A stretch of DNA of 11,933 nt, from positions 1-11,933 of the forward strand of contig JBCDEZ010000040.1 in assembly GCA_039179045.1 (NCBI GenBank). Reading direction: 5' to 3'. Of this stretch, positions 1-6,826 are shown piece after piece. The notes below the pieces were generated by a model. That model ran no database searches. It had not been told where the DNA came from and saw only the letters and a program-made list of their open reading frames with translations. Within the stretch, counting starts at the first letter, position 1, and every line of letters begins with the position of its first letter. Made by a program: the position numbers and the translations under genes. Source of the DNA: Chlamydiota bacterium (GTDB lineage: Bacteria > Chlamydiota > Chlamydiia > Chlamydiales > SM23-39).

Positions 1-36
1 AAATGTAATTCAAACAAAACAAACAGAAGGCCATCT

Positions 37-375
37 ATGAATTCAATCGGTAAACAAAATACTGAAGCTACTCAATACCCAACTGCGAATGCCATATGGA
101 GCATAGCGACTTATATGCCCCGAAAGACTAGTCGCTTTGCGTTGCAAATTTTTGCAGGTTTACGGTCCATCTTTGGAAGTATAGGAACAAGCTTGTGTTT
201 TTGGAGAACAGCAGAACCTCAGGAAAAAGTTTCATGCCAGAAAGGTGCAATAGCAGAACCTCAGGAAAAAGTTTCATGCCAGAAAGGTGAAAAAGTTGAA
301 GAGTGTCTCAATTATTATTTGCCTCTTCCAGGATCTGAGGCAGAAGCGACCCAAATCAAAAATAACTGGCGTTGA
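37..375 (+). CDS. Hypothetical 112-aa protein with an internal 14-aa-period duplication; possibly 3'-truncated
   Basis: ATG start with AAGG shortly upstream. Polar N-terminus (MNSIGKQNTEATQ) and a moderately hydrophobic stretch (FALQIFAGLRSIFGSIGTSLCFW). The in-frame repeat AEPQEKVSCQKG occurs twice. No family recognised. Confidence 0.55.
   Translation: MNSIGKQNTEATQYPTANAIWSIATYMPRKTSRFALQIFAGLRSIFGSIGTSLCFWRTAEPQEKVSCQKGAIAEPQEKVSCQKGEKVEECLNYYLPLPGSEAEATQIKNNWR
210..289 (+). repeat. Tandem direct repeat, 42-bp period, two copies with 38 identical bp
   Basis: AGCAGAACCTCAGGAAAAAGTTTCATGCCAGAAAGGTG occurs at 210-247 and 252-289. The period is a multiple of 3, so the reading frame is kept. 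Confidence 0.97.
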
Positions 376-480
376 AATAAGATTTTTCCGGGGTAAGGAT
401 TCATAAGAGAAAAGGACTAAGGATAGAGCGTAGAATTTGCAAGAAATAGAATAGTAAACCAGCAAAACCTTGCGGATTTT

Positions 481-936
481 ATGAAGCCAAAGAAAGGAAA
501 CCAGGGGCAAGGGCCCTTTTAGAGTCGCGTCTTTTTGATGTATTGGATCCCAAAAATCGCCTATTTCTGATGGCTAGCCTGATCGAATGGGAAGAGCTAG
601 GAACTGCAAACTACTTTGATCAAAAAATACGAGCCCCTGGCAAACCGGTACGCCTAAGTTACAGGATTGATGACACTCCAACAGATGATATTGTCTGATG
701 AGCAAATGGTGGTGGGCTGGGTCCAAAATCCGTATTGGCAGTATTTTTGTGGATATGATTACCTAAAATGGGAATCTCCTATGCACTCGTCCTCTCTATC
801 AAGATAGAGCGACTAGGAGAAGAAGGACTAGGAAAGATCTTACAATCCACATTGCATTGAGCTTTGCAAGCAGATGTTGTAAAAAAGTAGTTTTAAGACA
901 ATGGGTTTCGATGCAACCGTGATGGGAAAACAAGTG
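481..936 (+). pseudogene. Decayed IS5-family transposase, N-terminal part (DUF772-like region up to the first catalytic Asp)
   Basis: Manual translation across frames gives MKPKKGNQGQG / LESRLFDVLDPKNRLFLMASLIEWEEL..APGKPVRL / VTGLMTLQQMILSDEQMVVGWVQNPYWQYFCG..SSSLSR* / ERLGEEGLGKILQSTLH*ALQADVVKK* / FKTMGFDATVMGKQV. This matches the IS5 motifs LSDE..W.ENPY.QYFCG, R.GEEG and DTTV. It needs about 4 frameshifts and has internal stops; the C-terminal DDE part is absent. Confidence 0.88.
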
Positions 937-1176
937 GAAAGATTTTATCGGTACAAGATACGAGTCTTGTGAAAAAGATCATAGCCAGTTTGCTACCCGC
1001 AAGAGATGGGCAGGAGAGGATCTAGGAGATCTCCTGGAGCAACATCAATTGCCTTGGTCTACTCTCTGCAATTCTGGTCGAATCGATACGAGAACTCAAG
1101 GATCAATGAAAACAACCTAGAAGTTTTTTGCGAGGAAATTTACACGCGATCGCCCTGTTAGTCTTGCATGTGCGTA

Positions 1177-1206
1177 TTGACGAAAATGACTGTGTGGAAG
1201 TAATAT
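1177..1206 (+). promoter_or_regulatory. Putative sigma70-type promoter of tRNA-Leu
   Basis: TTGACG (1177-1182), an 18-bp spacer, then TAATAT (1201-1206), ending 11 bp before the tRNA. Confidence 0.55.
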
Positions 1207-1217
1207 GCTATGGATAT

Positions 1218-1299
1218 GCCCAGGTGGTGAAACTGGTAGACACGTCAGATTTAGGTTCTGATGCCGCAAGGTGTGGGGGTTCGAGTCCCTTCCTGGGCA
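1218..1299 (+). tRNA. tRNA-Leu (anticodon TAG)
   Basis: Acceptor stem GCCCAGG/CCTGGGC plus discriminator A. D-loop contains TGGTA. Anticodon arm TCAGA-TTTAGGT-TCTGA. Long variable arm and T-loop GTTCGAGTC. CCA is not encoded. Confidence 0.98.
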
Positions 1300-1824
1300 T
1301 TTTTCTGTGTGTAGAGCAAATTTTTCCAAATTCGTTTCTCTAAAATTCTCTTTTCTCTACGATATTTTGAATGGTTGCTATACTGGCTTTCTGTTCTTTT
1401 TATTCGGGTATTTGACTTGTCATTCCCCACGTCTCAATCTTTTTTCCGTGGCAAGAATTTGGCCCTTTCCAAACAACCTGATTTTCGGGTTTCATGCATT
1501 GAAAAGAATAGGATAGGAAAAATTTACCACCAAAAGATCCCACCTGATGTAAAATAGTCGTTTCACAAATGCGGAGTCATCACAGAAGAGATCAAAACAT
1601 GGTAGATGTACGATCTTTCAGTAGAGGTATTGGAAATGGATACCTTAGATACATCTACTAGCTTAAAAAACCTTCACTCCATATCTTGCCTGAAGACAGC
1701 CAATTCTTGATGATTGAAGACCCAAAACTCAGAGAAATAGCATTCCAGAAGTATTTGAGAAATCTTTGATCTGAATATGGACGCGCAATGTGACGTTTTT
1801 GGGAACAAGCACGAATATTAGCAG

Positions 1825-2286
1825 CTATTCCCTAGAATTCTTCTGGTAGACGGGGTGGGCTGCAAAACCGATATCTTGGACTGCGAAAAGCAAATCGGCG
1901 ATCTTTTTCCAAGGAGCATTTTGATCGATGTGCAGCAATACTTTAGTGGCTGCTTTGTCTTTTGGGAGTAGGCCAAGATCGTAGCGCCTGATGATTTCTT
2001 CTTGCACTTTTGTGGTGTTTTCTAGCGGGTAGCGATTGAGCTCAGAAATCCAGGTATAGCTTCCTATGGGATCGATCACGATGCTTATGTTGGCCATCTC
2101 TTCTGTAGAGGCTTGACTAGTAGATCCCGAGTTTTTCTGGTACAGATCGATGTTCGCATCAAAAATGCTAGAGCGGGAAATAGCAAGAACAGCGAAAAGA
2201 GACATCATGAGGAACAAAAAATCCATCATGGGTGCGAAGTTGAAATCGGGGTTTTTCCCCCTTTCTTCATGTTCGAAAAAATGCAC
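1825..2286 (-). CDS. exbD: ExbD/TolR-family biopolymer transport protein
   Basis: N-terminal motif NFAPMMDFLFLMMSLF (conserved P..D in a single TM helix). C-terminal LHIDQNAPW corresponds to the usual (R/K)AD...Y motif. Lies 6 bp downstream of the exbB-like gene. Confidence 0.88.
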   Translation of the reverse strand: MHFFEHEERGKNPDFNFAPMMDFLFLMMSLFAVLAISRSSIFDANIDLYQKNSGSTSQASTEEMANISIVIDPIGSYTWISELNRYPLENTTKVQEEIIRRYDLGLLPKDKAATKVLLHIDQNAPWKKIADLLFAVQDIGFAAHPVYQKNSRE

Positions 2287-2292
2287 GACTCT

Positions 2293-2943
2293 CTACTCTT
2301 TTTCGGGGGCAACCATATACCCGATCTGCAACGATTCATTCTCGAGGGTATGCACGATCCGAAGGAGTCTTTGCTTGAGGACGATGTAAAATACCATTGC
2401 CATGATCGCTACGATTAGCCCCATTACGGTTGTCCCAATTGCAACACCTAGACCATCGAAGAGCGCGTGAATGCTCTCGACAGAGCGGTTGATGTCGTAA
2501 AAGGCGTAAAACATACCCGAAATGGTGCCAAGCAGGCCGAACATGGGAGCGATCACTGCAATGTCATGCAAAAGAGAGAGCCATTGCCAGTGTCCGGAAA
2601 AGGAGCGTTTTCCCTCCGATTGCATCGAGCGAAGGAGGAAGTCGAGGCCACTTTTTCTCGTCTCCACTCCCCGTTTCAAAATACGGGCAAAAGGGTGGCT
2701 CGCCTCTTTGCAAAGGTGTAGGATTTTCTGGTATTCCTGTTTTTTCAAAGGATGGTGGATTTGGGAGAAGAAGTGCTTCGGAGCTATTTGCTGCATCCGG
2801 AAAATGCAGAGGCAATAGAGGAACAGTGAGACGCAAAAAAAGGATAAAAAAAATAAAATGCTGTAGACAACCGGGGATGAGAAAAAGATTTCCCCTAAAT
2901 CGATCGTATTTTTGGCATTGGTAAATAAGGGAAAATCTTGCAT
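2293..2943 (-). CDS. exbB: MotA/TolQ/ExbB proton channel family protein
   Basis: Signatures APMFGLLGTISGM and GLGVAIGTTVMGLIVAI, three hydrophobic segments, and operonic arrangement with the exbD-like gene. Confidence 0.92.
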   Translation of the reverse strand: MQDFPLFTNAKNTIDLGEIFFSSPVVYSILFFLSFFCVSLFLYCLCIFRMQQIAPKHFFSQIHHPLKKQEYQKILHLCKEASHPFARILKRGVETRKSGLDFLLRSMQSEGKRSFSGHWQWLSLLHDIAVIAPMFGLLGTISGMFYAFYDINRSVESIHALFDGLGVAIGTTVMGLIVAIMAMVFYIVLKQRLLRIVHTLENESLQIGYMVAPEKE

Positions 2944-3061
2944 AATTTTTACCAGAATTCTTTAGATCTCAGGATATGTACCACGTTCATTTAAGAACAA
3001 GGATTTTCCCCGAGATCTATCGCTCTTTTGCACCGTCTGTTTCTCTGAGTAGCCTTTGCCC

Positions 3062-3970
3062 ATGTCTCCTTTCAAGATGTCTTCTGATGCGCCGAATATT
3101 ACCATGGATCCTTCCACCTTTTCCATCGATGGGCGTCCAGGTCCCTACCAAATCCGAGACTTGGGAGATGAGAAGCAAGGTGATATCACAAAGGTCACGC
3201 TTCGGTTGGGTGAGGGAGGATCTTTTTGCTGGAAAGAAACTTTGGAAGTGGCAAGAAATGTGGAGAATTGGATCTTGTGGGAAATCGATTTCCCTCCAAT
3301 TGCTCTTGAAGTGACAGGAAAAAATATCCGCTTTGAACAGGAAAAGCTCTTAGCCGTTACGCACTTTTCTGAGGAGATTTATCCCGAATTTCGGGGCAAT
3401 AGCGTCGGTCTTTTGTTCCATAAAGGTCCCTTGGATTTTGGATTGCCTCAAGAAAAAAGGCAAAGGGCTCTTGAGCAGTTTTTGTCTCGACTTGCGTTGT
3501 TTGCGGGAAAAATGCCCGATACACTCCCTTTATTTCTTCTTTTTGATGTGGGAAAACTCCCCGTTTCCGAAGCGATCTCTTTACTCCATCAGAAATATTT
3601 TGGACACTTTCCCCTCATTTTACGGGGCGCATCTTTTGGATTTCCCTGTTTTTCCTGGTGCCGAGGAGGAGGGCTCTACGGCGCGTACTTGCCCGCTGAA
3701 AAGCTGGGGCTGCTGGTTCCTAGTACACCTTTTGAAGAGCTTTTGCAAGAGTTGCAAACGTTTCCCTACCGCATTTTGTACAAGGAATTTGCCAACAACG
3801 ACTGGTTTGGTCTCGATGCGATTGTGTTTGAAGAGAACACTCCCTTAGTACGTAGGATTCTACAGGGATTCCAAGCAGCAGGAGGAAGAATCTTGTCGAG
3901 AAGCGGGAATTTGGGGATTCCTGGCGAAGAGAAGCTGGACCAGTACTTAGAAGAGAGAAATTCGGGGTAG
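3062..3970 (+). CDS. Hypothetical protein, ~300 aa (start uncertain: ATG at 3062, 3077 or 3104)
   Basis: Long ORF with protein-like composition filling the space between exbB and tRNA-Pro. No catalytic motif recognised. The stop TAG (3968-3970) lies within the antisense of tRNA-Pro. Confidence 0.85.
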   Translation: MSPFKMSSDAPNITMDPSTFSIDGRPGPYQIRDLGDEKQGDITKVTLRLGEGGSFCWKETLEVARNVENWILWEIDFPPIALEVTGKNIRFEQEKLLAVTHFSEEIYPEFRGNSVGLLFHKGPLDFGLPQEKRQRALEQFLSRLALFAGKMPDTLPLFLLFDVGKLPVSEAISLLHQKYFGHFPLILRGASFGFPCFSWCRGGGLYGAYLPAEKLGLLVPSTPFEELLQELQTFPYRILYKEFANNDWFGLDAIVFEENTPLVRRILQGFQAAGGRILSRSGNLGIPGEEKLDQYLEERNSG

Positions 3971-4036
3971 AGGGATTTGAACCCCCGACCTTCTGGTCCC
4001 AAACCAGACGCGCTAGCCAAACTGCGCTATACCCCG
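3962..4036 (-). tRNA. tRNA-Pro (anticodon TGG)
   Basis: Minus strand reads CGGGGTATAGCGCAGTTTGGCTAGCGCGTCTGGTTTGGGACCAGAAGGTCGGGGGTTCAAATCCCTCTACCCCGA. Anticodon arm TCTGG-TTTGGGA-CCAGA. CCA is not encoded. Confidence 0.98.
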
Positions 4037-4050
4037 GATGAAGCTTCTTC

Positions 4051-4079
4051 ATGATAGCGAACCATCTGATTTTTCCCAA
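4051..4079 (-). promoter_or_regulatory. Putative sigma70-type promoter of tRNA-Pro
   Basis: On the minus strand: TTGGGA (4079-4074), a 17-bp spacer, then TATCAT (4056-4051), ending 14 bp before the tRNA 5' end. Confidence 0.45.
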
Positions 4080-4156
4080 CAAAAACTCCAAGGGAAAAAG
4101 CAGTTGCTTTTTTCCAAATTTTTTTTCATCGTGAGGAAAATATCTAGAGAGGCTTT

Positions 4157-5719
4157 ATGGGATTTTCTAACTGCCCTTCCTACAAAAAGCTGGTAGCGTT
4201 GAGTCAAACGCCCTACGATCTCACAAAAGCAGGAGCTTTGGGGAAACAGCGCGTGGAGGCGATGCAAGCTTCCGGAGCTTCTTGGACCTTGTCCTATGCA
4301 ACAGAGAGGATAGACAACCCTACGCTAGAGGCGCTCTTTTCCCTCGCTCAAGAACGAGAGGTTTTGCAGAAGATGCGGGCAATGCAAACAGGGGAGGTGA
4401 TGAACCAGATTCATGGGTATCCGAGTGAGGAGCGTCCCGTTCTTCATACTGCAATGCGCGCTCTTGCAGACGCGCGTATTTCGGGAGCGCGGGCTTTAGC
4501 TGCGCGAGATTTTGCAGAAAAAGAACATAAAAAGCTCATCCCCCTTATCGAAGAAGCAGATAGGCGGGGTATTGAGCATATCGTGCAAGTCGGAATCGGA
4601 GGTTCTGATCTTGGCCCTAGAGCGATCTACCTCGCACTCGAAAGGTATCGCCAAAAAAGAGAAGCCCACTTTGTTGCGAACGTAGATCCTGACGATGTGG
4701 CATCTCTTTTCACCAGGCTAGATCTTGCCAAGACACTGATCATCGTCGTTTCAAAATCGGGCTCTACATTGGAGACGCAGACAAATGAGGAGCTGATCCG
4801 TAGTCGTTACGAAAGAGAGGGGCTCGATCCTGCGAAGTACTGTATCTCAGTCACACAAAAGGGCAGTCCTATGGATGATCCTGCGCGCTATCTCGCCTCC
4901 TTTTATATGCAAGACTCGGTGGGGGGGCGCTATAGCGTCTCTTCTATGGTTGGTTGCGTGCTCCTTGCGCTTACGCTCGGCATCGAGCATGTGCGCGCTT
5001 TTTTGCAGGGAGCGCATGCAATGGACCAGGTGGCGCTCTTTTCTGATCCTAAGAGCAATCTTCCTCTTTTAGGTGCTCTTTTGGGCATCTGGAATCACAA
5101 TTTTTTGGGCTACCCCACAGCAGCTGTGATTCCCTATGCGCAGGCGTTGCGCCGCTTAACTGCTCATCTCCAGCAGTGCGATATGGAGTCGAATGGCAAG
5201 GGAATCGACCAAAAAGGGGAGTGGCTCAGTTTCTCTACTGGCCCTGTGGTTTGGGGAGAGCCGGGCACGTGCGCTCAACACTCTTTTTACCAGTGGATTC
5301 ATCAAAGTACGGATACCGCTCCTCTAGAGCTTTTGGGTTTGCGCAACAGTCAGTATGGAGAAGATCTCCACTATTCAGGAACTTCTTCCCAAGAAAAGCT
5401 TCTAGCCAACCTTCTCGCGCAAGCAATCGCTCTTGCGCGAGGGAAAAAAGATCCGAATCCGAATCGTACCTTTCGAGGAAACCGTCCTACGCGTATTCTC
5501 CTAGCAGACCAGCTTACACCGCACACAATGGGAAGCTTGCTTGCCTATTACGAGCACAAAACGGCGTTTCAGGGCTTCATCTGGGGGATCAATTCCTTCG
5601 ATCAAGAAGGAGTGCAACTGGGTAAGGTGTTGGCTCAAGATATACTCGAATCGATGCAGGCAAAAGGATCAAAAGAGGAGACAATCGGAGCGTATCTCGC
5701 TCTTTTACAGCACTCTTGA
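4157..5719 (+). CDS. pgi: Glucose-6-phosphate isomerase
   Basis: Motifs VLHTAMR, GIGGSDLGP, VSKSGSTLET, VGGRYSVSS, QQCDMESNGK, WGEPGT..QHSFYQ.IHQ and INSFDQEGVQLGK. GAGG RBS before the ATG. Confidence 0.98.
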   Translation: MGFSNCPSYKKLVALSQTPYDLTKAGALGKQRVEAMQASGASWTLSYATERIDNPTLEALFSLAQEREVLQKMRAMQTGEVMNQIHGYPSEERPVLHTAMRALADARISGARALAARDFAEKEHKKLIPLIEEADRRGIEHIVQVGIGGSDLGPRAIYLALERYRQKREAHFVANVDPDDVASLFTRLDLAKTLIIVVSKSGSTLETQTNEELIRSRYEREGLDPAKYCISVTQKGSPMDDPARYLASFYMQDSVGGRYSVSSMVGCVLLALTLGIEHVRAFLQGAHAMDQVALFSDPKSNLPLLGALLGIWNHNFLGYPTAAVIPYAQALRRLTAHLQQCDMESNGKGIDQKGEWLSFSTGPVVWGEPGTCAQHSFYQWIHQSTDTAPLELLGLRNSQYGEDLHYSGTSSQEKLLANLLAQAIALARGKKDPNPNRTFRGNRPTRILLADQLTPHTMGSLLAYYEHKTAFQGFIWGINSFDQEGVQLGKVLAQDILESMQAKGSKEETIGAYLALLQHS

Positions 5720-6826
5720 GGCGCTACCCTCTTCTACAGAAAAAAGAGGAATCAGCTCCTTGCAAAAGGGAAAAGAGAAATGGGGAGCTGTCAAGAAAAC
5801 CTGGCCCATCTGGGAAAACTTGCCTTGCAAGAGCGTCTGCCGTTTTTGGTCGAGACCTAGACCAAAATCATCGATGCAGAAAATGGCGGGGCGAGCAAAC
5901 GATTCCGAGAGTAGCTCCCATTCTGCGAGACGAAGGGCACTTGCCACCGAATACTTCTGGCCTTGGCTCGCAAATTTCTTTGCAGGCAGCTTTTCGATCT
6001 CCAAGGTGAAGTCGTCTCGGTGGGGTCCTGTAAGGCTTGTTCCCATTTTTGCCTCTTTGAGACGCCCTTGTTCGAGCCTTTTGAGGAATTTCGTAGCGAA
6101 GCTCTCTTCTTCATCAGCCGTATGCACCGAAGGGCAAAATATGCATCTTGCCTCCTCTTTTCCTCCAGAGAAGTGATCGATGTGCTCTTGGAATTTCGGT
6201 TCAAGATGCCCTAGTAGATTTTGCCGTTCCTGGGTGATGTAGCTTCCCGACCCGACCATTTCTTGCTCCCAAACCTGCAGCAATTTGGGGCGTGCGAGAG
6301 CGCCTGGCCTTTTCAAAGCCGCATTGCGCTGCTTCATTGCTTTTTGGTAGCGTAGGAGGTAGCGCGCGTAGAGAGGGTTTTTCTGCGCAAGGTGGATATT
6401 GCAGAATTTTCTCCGGATCAAAGGGGATCCTTGCACAAGCTCGATATCTGCAGGCAGGTGGATCACGGAAGGAAGAAGACCCAAAGCGGGGAGAAATGAG
6501 GGGTAAGAAGAGGCGTTGTAACGCATCTTCTTTTTCCCCCTGTGATAAAAGAGCTCTAAAGAGCTCTCCAAAGAGAGCGATCCCTCGCAAATCTTGGCTT
6601 CTATCGAGAAGAAATCAGCTCCTTTCCGGACCAGCTCCTGTAAAAAAGAGGTGCGGAAAGAGCGTCCCGTACTCAATAAAGAGATTGCCTCGATCACGCT
6701 CGTTTTGCCCTGCGCATTGTCTCCACTTACAAGGTTGAGCCCAGAGGAGAAGGTAAATACTTGGTCTGTATAGTTGCGAAAATTACGTAAGCGCAGCTTT
6801 CGAAGATACACTAGTTTCCCTATCAT
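5705..6826 (-). CDS. recF: DNA replication/repair protein RecF (alternative GTG start at 6811)
   Basis: NFRNY, Walker A GDNAQGKT, STGRSFR, GPHRDD, signature ASQGQ and Walker B IFCIDD. Directly downstream of dnaN. Confidence 0.97.
   Translation of the reverse strand: MIGKLVYLRKLRLRNFRNYTDQVFTFSSGLNLVSGDNAQGKTSVIEAISLLSTGRSFRTSFLQELVRKGADFFSIEAKICEGSLSLESSLELFYHRGKKKMRYNASSYPSFLPALGLLPSVIHLPADIELVQGSPLIRRKFCNIHLAQKNPLYARYLLRYQKAMKQRNAALKRPGALARPKLLQVWEQEMVGSGSYITQERQNLLGHLEPKFQEHIDHFSGGKEEARCIFCPSVHTADEEESFATKFLKRLEQGRLKEAKMGTSLTGPHRDDFTLEIEKLPAKKFASQGQKYSVASALRLAEWELLSESFARPAIFCIDDFGLGLDQKRQTLLQGKFSQMGQVFLTAPHFSFPFCKELIPLFSVEEGSASRVL

Noticed and set aside
210..289. CRISPR-like repeat (38 bp)
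   Set aside because: Only two copies separated by 4 bp, with no spacer, in frame within an ORF, and no cas genes in the window.
389..395. CGGGGTA as an att-like copy of the tRNA-Pro end
   Set aside because: Only 7 bp match, it also occurs inside dnaN near 7204, and no integrase is present.
1117..1516. ORFs 1117-1329 (-), 1128-1343 (+) and 1271-1516 (+)
   Set aside because: They are translations across tRNA-Leu and its promoter.
1555..1575. TAGTCG... as a second IS terminus
   Set aside because: The same hexamer occurs near 129 and at 4801 inside genes, and there is no associated transposase or partner repeat.
3720..4091. ORFs 3720-4091 (-) and 3766-4020 (-)
   Set aside because: They are translations through tRNA-Pro and antisense to the 300-aa gene.
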